A stretch of DNA of 32,000 bases from Nitrososphaerota archaeon (GTDB lineage Archaea > Thermoproteota > Nitrososphaeria > Nitrososphaerales > Nitrosopumilaceae): positions 1 through 32,000 of the forward strand of contig JADFGC010000003.1 in the NCBI GenBank assembly GCA_022567895.1. The letters are read 5' to 3'. The position numbers and the translations under genes are program-made. The notes below the pieces were generated by a model that was not told the DNA's origin, ran no database searches, and worked only from the letters and a program-made list of their open reading frames with translations. Each line of letters opens with the position of its first letter. Positions within the stretch are counted from its first letter, which is position 1. Below, piece by piece: positions 24,309 to 32,000 of this stretch.

Positions 24309-24394
24309 ATTATTTTTTAAATTAATGGATAAGGAATAAAAAATAAGTTGAAAATAATCGGTTTATTGATATATCCCATAGTATTAGTAAAATC

Positions 24395-24634
24395 ATGGCA
24401 ACAGCTTACGTTCTAATAAATTGTGAATTAGGATCTGAAGAAGCAATCATACAACAACTGAAAGGTCTTGAAGGTGTCAAAGAGGTTCATGGAACCTTTG
24501 GAGCGTATGACGTTTTGGCAAAAATCGAATCAGATACTGTTGAAAAACTTAGAGAAACAATTACTTGGAAAATTAGAAAGATCGAAAAAATCCGTTCAAC
24601 ATTAACTCTAATGGGAATAGAAGGCCAAACTTAA
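24395..24634 (+). CDS. Stand-alone Lrp/AsnC-type ligand-binding (RAM) domain protein
   Basis: 79 aa. AYVLINCELGSEEAIIQQLKGLEGVKEVHGTFGAYDVLAKIE matches the beta-alpha-beta-beta-alpha-beta RAM/AsnC_trans_reg pattern. No HTH is present. Confidence 0.7.
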   Translation: MATAYVLINCELGSEEAIIQQLKGLEGVKEVHGTFGAYDVLAKIESDTVEKLRETITWKIRKIEKIRSTLTLMGIEGQT

Positions 24635-24652
24635 TCACCTCTTTTTATTACA

Positions 24653-25219
24653 ATGTTACTTCATTTCATTTTTGTAATTAAAGAACAAGATCTAGATAAA
24701 AGAAAAACTGAATATGAATACGTTAAACAAATGGCACAATTCTACAAAGTTTGGATAAAAAAACACTTTTCAAAAGATTTTGAAATCAAAACGGATGAAA
24801 TGATTACTACTCCAAGAAACCTTTTTCAAAGATTAGATACTCATCTTCTTGCAAAAGATCACCAAGAACGTGGAAAAGATACTTATCATTTCTATTTGAG
24901 TCACTTCAGACCATTTTGGACAGATTGTACCTGTGAAGGATATCATGCAGAAAATTTTGGAATGGTTTGGTGGCAACAACCAAAAAATCAAGATGATGTG
25001 TTATTTTTAGCTGAAAAAAATTGTACTGCTGTATCTCATGAGATTGCTCATGAATTACTACGACAGGCTAGATACAAAAGATTCATTCCGGATGTACATG
25101 ATGTGTGGACTAAACATTTCTACAGTGATTTAAACTTTGAACAATATGGAAAAGATTTTGAAAAAACCAAAGAAAAACCAATGTTTTTAACAATTGATAT
25201 GTCAAGTTTTCGGTTATAG
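24653..25219 (+). CDS. Hypothetical protein with HExxH motif (putative zinc metallopeptidase)
   Basis: 188 aa. The only recognisable element is AVSHEIAHELL (HExxH). It begins 18 nt after the RAM-domain gene. Confidence 0.45.
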   Translation: MLLHFIFVIKEQDLDKRKTEYEYVKQMAQFYKVWIKKHFSKDFEIKTDEMITTPRNLFQRLDTHLLAKDHQERGKDTYHFYLSHFRPFWTDCTCEGYHAENFGMVWWQQPKNQDDVLFLAEKNCTAVSHEIAHELLRQARYKRFIPDVHDVWTKHFYSDLNFEQYGKDFEKTKEKPMFLTIDMSSFRL

Positions 25220-25263
25220 TCAAATTACCATTTTCTTTTAAATTAAAATTTCCAATTTTCTTC

Positions 25264-25485
25264 GTGTTTATTTGTAAAGGTAATTGTAAAACAAAATTTC
25301 GTCTGTCACTTGGTGATACTTTACTTCATTATAATAATGGACAAAAACGTTGTAGTGTTTGTGATGTTTATTTTAGATGGAATGGAACAAAATGTCCTTG
25401 TTGTAATGTAATCTTACATGTTAGACCACGACATTCAAAAGCTAAGAAAAAATATTACAAAAATGAGGGAATAAAGTGGATTTAA
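25264..25485 (+). CDS. Small zinc-ribbon protein
   Basis: 73 aa with a GTG start. Cysteine pairs are CKGNC, CSVC and CPCC, with a basic C-terminus (RPRHSKAKKKYYK). TATA-like TTTTAAATTAAAA lies about 22 nt upstream. Confidence 0.45.
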   Translation: MFICKGNCKTKFRLSLGDTLLHYNNGQKRCSVCDVYFRWNGTKCPCCNVILHVRPRHSKAKKKYYKNEGIKWI

Positions 25486-25498
25486 TGTTGACTATGTG

Positions 25499-26131
25499 TT
25501 AACACTTTGTAACTGAATAGATATTGTTCTCAAAACTGGCAGTCTTGAAATCTAATTTATACTCAGCATTTTGCTTTCTAGATTTGCTGAGTTTTTCAAG
25601 TTCCACCAGCGCCTCTCCTCTAAAGCCCACTGAAGAACCAAAAATCGCATCACCTAATTGAGTACCATGATCTCCTTTCTTGATATCGTCTACGATGTTA
25701 TAGAATTTTGTCGTTTCATGTTTGTTGACAGGCTTTCCAGTAGCTTTGTTAAATGCAATTGCAATGTACATGCCATTACTTTTTACAGCAACAAGTACTT
25801 TGTGGTTTTTACCTGAAAACCCTGGAATAGTTTCATTGATTAAAACTTCACATTTATGATACATACTTGAAACATATGCAAAGAAACGATATTGAGCAAA
25901 ATTTCCTGCGTCATCTTCTTCACAATCAACAAAGACTTTGTGCAACAATTCAAGTGCACGATCATTCATACTTTGTAATCTATCATCAATTCTACCGCGT
26001 TCCAATAAATCGGATTCACATTCTTTTGCAACTAATACTAAAATAAAATCTGGCAAATTATAGTTCTTTAATGCAGCAACAAATGCACCAGCTTGTGACA
26101 TACCAAATTTAGGAAAACCTTTGTTAACCAT
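25499..26131 (-). CDS. Hypothetical protein
   Basis: 210-aa ATG ORF, convergent with the zinc-ribbon gene. No family recognised. Confidence 0.5.
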   Translation of the reverse strand: MVNKGFPKFGMSQAGAFVAALKNYNLPDFILVLVAKECESDLLERGRIDDRLQSMNDRALELLHKVFVDCEEDDAGNFAQYRFFAYVSSMYHKCEVLINETIPGFSGKNHKVLVAVKSNGMYIAIAFNKATGKPVNKHETTKFYNIVDDIKKGDHGTQLGDAIFGSSVGFRGEALVELEKLSKSRKQNAEYKLDFKTASFENNIYSVTKC

Positions 26132-26284
26132 CTTTAATGACCTCTACCTCAAAAGTGAGATTCTAAAATACTCCCCCAAACAACATATCTAAAAAACTGT
26201 TTTTCGCTTATAATTGTTAGGAAATTTCACACCTATTAAAAAGAAATTCGAAATATTAAATTCAGTCTTGAACTAAAACTAGTT

Positions 26285-28555
26285 GTGGAAATAGAAACTA
26301 CTCCAGAAATGGCTTCAAATGTGTACAAAAAATCTGAAGAAAACATTAACAAATTCAAAAAGATCGTAGATAGACCACTTACACTTACAGAAAAAATTCT
26401 TGCAGGACATCTTGTTGAAATTGAAGAAAAAAATCTTGATGATGGTAAAAACTATGTTTTTCTTAGACCTGACAGAGTTGCCTTACAAGATGTAACAGGA
26501 CAAATGGTAATACTTCAGTTTATTCAAGCTGGACTAAAACAAACATCGTTACCAACAACAGTACATTGTGATCATTTGATTCGAGCTAAAGTTGAAGGGG
26601 AAACTGACATGCGAGTTTCTTTAGATGAAAATAGTGAGGTCTTCGAATTTTTACAATCAGCAGCTAGCAAATATGGAATTGGTTTTTGGAAACCAGGTGC
26701 TGGAATAATCCATCAAGTTGTTCTTGAAAACTATGCATTTCCTGGTGGCTTGATGATTGGAACTGATTCTCATACACCAAATGCTGGTGGTCTAGGAATG
26801 GTAGCAATTGGAGTCGGTGGTGTTGATGCTGCAGAAACTATGGCAGGAATGCCTTGGGAAGTTCTATACCCAAAACGTATTGGTGTTCATCTTACTGGTG
26901 AACTAAATGGTTGGACAGCACCAAAAGATATCATTTTACGAGTTGCTGGCGAACTAACTGTATCAGGTGGAACAAATTCAATAATTGAATACTTTGGTCC
27001 TGGAACAAAATCAATTAGCTGTACGGGAAAAGCAACAATCACTAACATGGGCGCAGAAGTTGGTGCAACATGTTCTATATTCCCATATGATGAAAGAATG
27101 GAAACTTATCTAAAATATACAAATCGTGAAAAAATTGCAGAGCTTGCAAATCAACATAAAGAATTGCTTACTCCAGATCCTGAAATAGAAAAAAATCCAG
27201 AAAAATATTTTGATAAAGTAATTGAAATTAATCTTTCAACCCTTGAACCGCAAATTGTTGGACCACATAGTCCTGACTTAGCAAGACCAATTTCCCAACT
27301 TTCATCAGATGTTAAAAGTAACAACTATCTTGATGAAATTTCAGTTGCATTGATAGGAAGTTGTACAAATTCTTCCTATGAAGACATGTCTAGAGCCGCA
27401 AGTCTTGCAGAACAAGCAAAAGAAAAAGGAATAAAATCAAAAATTCCTTTGCTCGTTACTCCTGGTTCTGAGCAAGTAAGAGCTACAATTGAAAGAGACG
27501 GACAAATGCAATCACTCAAAGACATTGGCGCAACAGTTCTTGCAAATGCATGTGGACCATGTATTGGACAATGGACAAGACCAGAATTAAAAAAAGGTGA
27601 ACCAAATACAATAGTATCTTCTTTTAACAGAAATTTTCCTGGACGCAATGATGGAAGAAGAGAAACAATGAGCTTTCTTGGAAGTCCAGAATTAGTAATT
27701 GCACTAGCTCTTGGTGGAAATCTTTCATTTAATCCTCTAACTGATTCATTAACTGCAAAAGATGGTTCTAAATTCAAATTAGATCCACCAAAAAAATCAC
27801 CCGAAGTTCCAGAAAATGGGTTCAAAAGACCGGAGGGAATTTACGTTGAACCTTCAAAAAATCCTGAAAGTGTTGAAGTAATTATTAATAAAAACAGTAA
27901 CAGATTACAGCTTTTAGAACCATTTGATACTTGGAATGGAAAGGATTTCGAAGAATTACCAATTATGATTAAAGCTAAAGGTAAGTGTACTACAGATCAT
28001 ATTTCTCCAGCAGGAGCATGGTTGTCCTTTAGAGGTCATCTTGATAATCTCAGTGATAACATGTTGCTTGGAGCAGTTAATGCATTCAATGATGAAGTCG
28101 GAAAAGGAAAAAACATTCTAACAAACGAAATAGAACCCTGTCCAAAAATTGCTAGACAATACAAGGCAAAACAAATTCGGTGGGTAATAATTGGTGACAG
28201 TAACTATGGTGAAGGTAGTAGTAGGGAACATGCTGCTATGACACCAAGATTTTTGGGCTGTGCTGCTGTAATTGTAAAGAGCCTTGCAAGAATTCATGAA
28301 ACAAATTTGAAAAAACAAGGAATACTTGCATTAACTTTTGAAAATGAAAGTGATTATGATAAAATCAAAGAAAATGATAGAATTAGCATCATAGGATTAA
28401 ATAATCTAAAACCAGCAACACCTGTTAAATGCATTATTCAACATGATGATGGCTCAAAAGAGGAAATTTCACTTAATCATTCCTACAATAATTTTCAACT
28501 TGAATGGTTCCGCGCAGGCTCAGCACTTAACGTACTTCGTTCAAAAGAAAATTAA
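26285..28555 (+). CDS. Aconitate hydratase (mitochondrial-type aconitase, ~755 aa)
   Basis: Conserved blocks include RPDRVALQDVTGQM, HCDHLI, IIHQVVLENYAFPG, GTDSHTPNAGGLG, the Fe-S ligand regions IGSCTNSSYEDM and NACGPCIGQW, and GDSNYGEGSSREHAA. The start is GTG 26285 or ATG 26309. Confidence 0.92.
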   Translation: MEIETTPEMASNVYKKSEENINKFKKIVDRPLTLTEKILAGHLVEIEEKNLDDGKNYVFLRPDRVALQDVTGQMVILQFIQAGLKQTSLPTTVHCDHLIRAKVEGETDMRVSLDENSEVFEFLQSAASKYGIGFWKPGAGIIHQVVLENYAFPGGLMIGTDSHTPNAGGLGMVAIGVGGVDAAETMAGMPWEVLYPKRIGVHLTGELNGWTAPKDIILRVAGELTVSGGTNSIIEYFGPGTKSISCTGKATITNMGAEVGATCSIFPYDERMETYLKYTNREKIAELANQHKELLTPDPEIEKNPEKYFDKVIEINLSTLEPQIVGPHSPDLARPISQLSSDVKSNNYLDEISVALIGSCTNSSYEDMSRAASLAEQAKEKGIKSKIPLLVTPGSEQVRATIERDGQMQSLKDIGATVLANACGPCIGQWTRPELKKGEPNTIVSSFNRNFPGRNDGRRETMSFLGSPELVIALALGGNLSFNPLTDSLTAKDGSKFKLDPPKKSPEVPENGFKRPEGIYVEPSKNPESVEVIINKNSNRLQLLEPFDTWNGKDFEELPIMIKAKGKCTTDHISPAGAWLSFRGHLDNLSDNMLLGAVNAFNDEVGKGKNILTNEIEPCPKIARQYKAKQIRWVIIGDSNYGEGSSREHAAMTPRFLGCAAVIVKSLARIHETNLKKQGILALTFENESDYDKIKENDRISIIGLNNLKPATPVKCIIQHDDGSKEEISLNHSYNNFQLEWFRAGSALNVLRSKEN

Positions 28556-28576
28556 TTTCATTTAAACAGGAAAACG

Positions 28577-28729
28577 TGGGGCCGACCGGAATCGAACCGG
28601 CGACCTACGGGTCACTACAGCTCCAAACTTACATCATCTTTTCGTCAGTAGCTTAGTTTAACCTCTGGAGCCCTTAGCGGTGATCTATTTCGTAGATACT
28701 GTCGCCCTACCAGGCTAGGCTACGACCCC
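28577..28729 (-). tRNA. tRNA-Trp (anticodon CCA) with two introns (27 nt at 28674-28700, position 28/29; 52 nt at 28613-28664, canonical 37/38)
   Basis: Hand fold of the minus strand: GGGGTCG-TA-GCCT-AGCCTGGTA-GGGC-G-AC[27 nt]GGG-CTCCAG[52 nt]A-CCCGT-AGGTC-GCCGG-TTCGATT-CCGGT-CGGCCCC-A. Removing both inserts restores a perfect anticodon stem (ACGGG/CCCGT) and a 74-nt tRNA. Confidence 0.8.
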
Positions 28730-28796
28730 ACAAACAAAGAAAAATAATCGTAGAATTTTAAGTTATTTTTACCAAGATTTATTTGCGAATGCAAGC

Positions 28797-29354
28797 ATGA
28801 AGATAAAAAAGGCTATAATCATGGTAAAACCAGTTATCATAATAGTAGGCGCAATTCCAGTTATTTTCGCAATATTAATTGGAATATCACTAATTTCACA
28901 ACCTGAAATTCCTTTTTCAGCTGCAAACCCAAATGATGTCATTGAGTTTGAATATACAAAACACCAACTCAAAGAAGTCTCCTTTGGTGTAACTGAAAGA
29001 GTTAGTGCTCAGAAAAGTGAAATTTTATCAATTCAAAACAATGGTGATGTAAGATACACAGTAACAGAAGAAGGAGTTACAAAACCTGATAAATTTTCAA
29101 AACTTGATGAAGATAAAATGAAAAAGCTAACTGCATTAATTAAAGAAACTGGATTCATGGCAATTCCAAATGAATCATTTCCAATAAATGATGATGTAAA
29201 AGAATATCAAAAATCATCATTAAAAATAACCCTTAATGGTCAAGTAAATCAAATTCACTGGCCAGAACAAAACGCAACTGAGAAATTTGTTCCTCCAATC
29301 ATTACCATGGTAGAAGCTGAACTAGATCAGATTATTTCTCAATTAACAGAGTAA
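28797..29354 (+). CDS. Membrane-anchored hypothetical protein
   Basis: 185 aa with an N-terminal TM/signal anchor (IIMVKPVIIIVGAIPVIFAILIGISLI) and then a soluble domain. No family recognised. Confidence 0.55.
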   Translation: MKIKKAIIMVKPVIIIVGAIPVIFAILIGISLISQPEIPFSAANPNDVIEFEYTKHQLKEVSFGVTERVSAQKSEILSIQNNGDVRYTVTEEGVTKPDKFSKLDEDKMKKLTALIKETGFMAIPNESFPINDDVKEYQKSSLKITLNGQVNQIHWPEQNATEKFVPPIITMVEAELDQIISQLTE

Positions 29355-29414
29355 ACTCGAAAAAATTGTAAAGTTAATTTCAACATAGCCTCAAACAATG
29401 TAATAATAAATTGT

Positions 29415-29445
29415 GACAAACTTTGTTTGTCGTAGTAATACTACG
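29415..29445. promoter_or_regulatory. Two abutting perfect inverted repeats: GACAAAC-ttt-GTTTGTC and CGTAGTA-a-TACTACG
   Basis: Read directly from gtGACAAACtttGTTTGTCGTAGTAaTACTACGtaa. It lies just upstream of the TATA-like GTTAAATTCA (29450-29459) of the 29481 gene and about 60 nt after the stop of the 28797 gene. Confidence 0.8.
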
Positions 29446-29480
29446 TAATTGTTAAATTCATTAAGCTTATTTTTGATATA

Positions 29481-30569
29481 ATGGGAATTAAAGTAAGTGC
29501 TATCTTTTTAATGGCAGTCCTAATAGCAGGACTTTCTAGCTTTCCGTCATCCATATCTAATTCTAGTACAGAATTTGTGGATCAAACTAATTCCCTAAAT
29601 CTAATCAATACCGTTTTTGCAGATTCCGATGAAGATGAAGAAGATGAAGAAAAACAGAAAGGAAAACCAGAAGGTGTTGGAAAAGGTCAAGAAAAGAAAT
29701 TAGCTCAAAACCAAGTAAAAGACGACGATGATGACGAAGAAGATGATGAAGATGATATTCAAGAATTCAGCGATGCCACTGTAGTCCATATGAGCGGTAC
29801 TACAACAATTTGTCATGTCCCACCTGGAAATCCTGGTAATGCACATGAAATTACCGTGAGTAAGAATGCGTTAAAGGGTCATGAACGTCATGGTGATTTC
29901 GGATACTCAGAAAATCATTGTGCACCTAATGGTATGGGAGATATATTATCTATAAAAGAAATTTACCAAGCCGAAAAACTAACACGATTAGCTGAAAAAC
30001 AAACAGAAAAAGAATCAATGGCATTAGACAGAGCTATTAAGTTAATAGAAAAACTTGAACAAAGAATTGTACAATTAGAACAAAGACTACAAACTTTGCT
30101 AGATAAGGTTGAATCAGGAGAATACTATGGAACTCTGACCCAGTTAGACACTGTAAAACAATTACACTCTATCTCTTTTGATGGAACAGCTACCTCAATC
30201 TATGACGAATCTGTTACAACTGGACTTTCAGGAGAAATATTTATTGAAAATTTAATGACAGGATCTAATACTTCCAAGTTTAAGGTCACTGGAGGAGAAA
30301 TAATTGTTGGAGATAACATCTACGATGCAGCCTTTGGCAAAGTCAGAGTATCATCTTTAGGCGTTTCAGGTGAAAAAGATTCAATGGTAATAATTATTCA
30401 AACATTTGACTCTGAAGATAATGATAACACAATAAAGTTAACTTTGCTTTTTGATTCCGCAATTAAAGCAGACTTGGGAACAGAACCAATTAATTTTGAA
30501 ATAAAACCAAACAGCAAGATCTCAGAACAATGGTTTTTGAGCGGTTCAGGAACCCTCTCTTTGGAATAA
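29481..30569 (+). CDS. Secreted protein with poly-acidic tracts, a Cys/His-rich motif and a coiled-coil
   Basis: 362 aa. It has a signal peptide (MGIKVSAIFLMAVLIAGLSSFPSS) and the acidic runs DSDEDEEDEE and DDDDDEEDDEDD. The Cys/His motif is CHVPPGNPGNAHEITVSKNALKGHERHGDFGYSENHC. A heptad-like segment (LIEKLEQRIVQLEQRLQTLLDKVE) follows. No family recognised. Confidence 0.6.
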   Translation: MGIKVSAIFLMAVLIAGLSSFPSSISNSSTEFVDQTNSLNLINTVFADSDEDEEDEEKQKGKPEGVGKGQEKKLAQNQVKDDDDDEEDDEDDIQEFSDATVVHMSGTTTICHVPPGNPGNAHEITVSKNALKGHERHGDFGYSENHCAPNGMGDILSIKEIYQAEKLTRLAEKQTEKESMALDRAIKLIEKLEQRIVQLEQRLQTLLDKVESGEYYGTLTQLDTVKQLHSISFDGTATSIYDESVTTGLSGEIFIENLMTGSNTSKFKVTGGEIIVGDNIYDAAFGKVRVSSLGVSGEKDSMVIIIQTFDSEDNDNTIKLTLLFDSAIKADLGTEPINFEIKPNSKISEQWFLSGSGTLSLE

Positions 30570-30635
30570 AATAGATGTTTTCTTAGACAGCATTTAGGTT
30601 TAATAGAATAAATATCCACGAGCTAACATAAACTC

Positions 30636-31604
30636 ATGATTCCTCTTTCTGGCGATATAAAAAATGCAAAGGGAATAATCAATGAAAGTATAGATTCCAA
30701 TTCTGTTATTCGTGGCACTTCAACTGTAAAACGTGGTCTTGCTCACATGCTAAAAAATGGAGTTGTTATGGATGTCACAACAGTTGAACAAGCTCAAATT
30801 GCAGAAGAGGCCGGTGCTGTCTCTGTAATGGTTTTAGATAAACTACCATCAGATGTAAGAGCAGCTGGTGGTGTTGCAAGAACTGCAAGCATTAGAGTTA
30901 TTCAAGAAATTATGGATTCCGTAACAATTCCTGTCATGGCAAAATGCAGAATTGGACATGTGTATGAAGCAAAAGTTCTTGCAGAAACTGATGTTGATAT
31001 GATTGATGAATCAGAAGTTCTAACACCAGCTGATGAAAGTCATCATATTTGGAAATGGGACTTTACAACTCCATTTGTTAATGGTGCACGCTCACTAGCA
31101 GAAGCATTACGTAGAGTAGAAGAAGGTGCTGCATTGATTAGAACTAAAGGAGAACCTGGAACAGGAAATGTTGCAGAAGCTGTTACTCATATCAAAAAAG
31201 TAAATGATGAACTTAGAACAATCAAATCAATTTATGATTCTGGCGACGACCAAGACCTTGTCAAGATGGCTAGAGAATTTCATGTATCATACGACCTTGT
31301 AAAAGAAACTGCAAAGCTTGGAAGATTACCTGTTGTTAATTTTGCAGCAGGTGGAATTGCAACGCCTGCAGATGCAGCATATTTGATGTCATTAGGATGT
31401 GATGGAATTTTTGTTGGTTCAGGAATTTTCAAAGCAGATGACGCAAAAGAAAGAGCAAGAGCAGTCGTTCTTGCAACAACATTCTGGGAAGATCCAGATA
31501 AAGTCAAAGAAGCTCAAAAGATGATTGATGAAAGACAATCAATGTTAGGATTAGATGTTGACAAATTAGAATTAAGAATGCAAGAACGTGGTAGTACTGT
31601 ATGA
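30636..31604 (+). CDS. pdxS: Pyridoxal 5'-phosphate synthase, lyase subunit PdxS
   Basis: [51 protein letters not shown]...MAKCRIGH...[10 protein letters not shown]...[12 protein letters not shown] are canonical PdxS/SNZ blocks. The N-terminal ~25 residues are less certain. Confidence 0.93.
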   Translation: MIPLSGDIKNAKGIINESIDSNSVIRGTSTVKRGLAHMLKNGVVMDVTTVEQAQIAEEAGAVSVMVLDKLPSDVRAAGGVARTASIRVIQEIMDSVTIPVMAKCRIGHVYEAKVLAETDVDMIDESEVLTPADESHHIWKWDFTTPFVNGARSLAEALRRVEEGAALIRTKGEPGTGNVAEAVTHIKKVNDELRTIKSIYDSGDDQDLVKMAREFHVSYDLVKETAKLGRLPVVNFAAGGIATPADAAYLMSLGCDGIFVGSGIFKADDAKERARAVVLATTFWEDPDKVKEAQKMIDERQSMLGLDVDKLELRMQERGSTV

Positions 31605-32000
31605 GTGAATTAAATATTGGAGTTTTAGCTGTTCAAGGAGATGTAGAAGAGAATGTTCGTTTTACACAAAATGCTTTAGAAGAATTAGAAATTAATGGTA
31701 AAGTACAAACTGTAAAAACTCCTGAACAAATCTCAGAACTTGATGGATTAATAATTCCTGGAGGAGAAAGTACAGTGATTGGACAGCTTTCATTGATTAA
31801 TGGTTCTTTGAAAAAAATTAAAGAAAAAATTGAAGGTGGAATGCCTGTGTTTGGAATTTGTGCTGGCTTGATTTTACTATCAAAAGAAGCTAAAGATAGA
31901 ATTGTTGGAACAACTGATCAACCATTATTAGAATTACTTGATGTACAAGTTGAAAGAAACTCTTTTGGACGACAACGAGAATCATTTGAGGCCGATGTTG
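31601..32000 (+). CDS. pdxT: Pyridoxal 5'-phosphate synthase, glutaminase subunit PdxT (5' part; runs off window end)
   Basis: My own translation from ATG 31601, which forms an ATGA overlap with the pdxS stop, gives [19 protein letters not shown]...[12 protein letters not shown]...[15 protein letters not shown], with the class I glutamine amidotransferase Cys motif. It is not in the ORF track because it has no stop in the window. Confidence 0.85.
   Translation, partial: MSELNIGVLAVQGDVEENVRFTQNALEELEINGKVQTVKTPEQISELDGLIIPGGESTVIGQLSLINGSLKKIKEKIEGGMPVFGICAGLILLSKEAKDRIVGTTDQPLLELLDVQVERNSFGRQRESFEADV

Noticed and set aside
24129-24394. Alternative identities for the GC-rich RNA: SRP (7S) RNA, RNase P RNA, riboswitch or C/D sRNA
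   Set aside because: It is too short and lacks the SRP helix-8 GGAA/AGCA signature and the RNase P conserved GGAAAGUCCGG-type blocks. AUGAUG-like strings are present, but no properly spaced CUGA D boxes occur on the same strand. The double hairpin-ACA geometry fits H/ACA better.
27376-28318. Minus-strand ORFs 27376-27825 and 28118-28318
   Set aside because: They are antisense shadows within the aconitase gene.
28769-28972. 67-aa minus-strand ORF overlapping the 5' end of the 28797 gene
   Set aside because: It mirrors the hydrophobic N-terminal anchor of the plus-strand gene, since hydrophobic codons read hydrophobic in antisense. It has no independent promoter or terminator signals.
1-32000. 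Search for CRISPR arrays, rRNA genes, IS elements or transposases, integrases and long repeats
   Set aside because: I found no regularly spaced direct repeats, no rRNA-like conserved blocks and no DDE, tyrosine or serine recombinase-like ORFs. The only repeats are the short ones reported above.

Overview
AT-rich archaeal chromosome segment with compact genes and TATA boxes about 22-32 nt upstream of many start codons. It comes from an ammonia-oxidising thaumarchaeon of the Nitrosopumilus type. The defining feature is a complete ammonia monooxygenase locus at 10845-13509: amoB is divergent from amoC-amoX-amoA, and the AmoA, AmoB and AmoC protein sequences are directly recognisable. Next to it are four small or unknown membrane-protein genes (9084-10735). 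Two of them are candidates for the recently proposed extra AMO subunits. The rest is mainly housekeeping: ribosomal proteins S15 and S3Ae, SerRS, TrpRS, PheRS alpha and beta, Pcc1, a RecJ-like DHH protein, archaeal PPAT, aconitase, PdxS/PdxT and a geranylgeranyl-reductase-family flavoprotein. There is also a translationally coupled CbbQ/NorQ-type AAA+ ATPase plus NorD/CbbO-type VWA protein pair, an apparently orphan Dam-family N6-adenine methyltransferase, and a wHTH protein with a degenerate B12-binding-like domain. GC-rich islands in the AT-rich background mark structured RNAs. I hand-folded five tRNA genes: Thr-GGU, Leu-UAA, Ile-GAU, Ala-UGC and Trp-CCA. Leu and Trp each carry two introns, one at a non-canonical position, and Ile carries one. 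Two unannotated guide-RNA candidates also emerge: a two-hairpin H/ACA-like RNA at 24156-24308 and a degenerate C/D-box-like RNA at 4426-4492. I saw no CRISPR array, rRNA, transposase, integrase or obvious mobile element. The most interesting unexplained items are the AMO-adjacent unknown genes with a tandem repeat in the amoB/amoC divergent promoter, the NorQ/NorD-like pair in an organism with no known client for it, the multi-intron tRNAs, and the candidate guide RNAs. All family assignments come from motif recognition by eye and no database search was possible.
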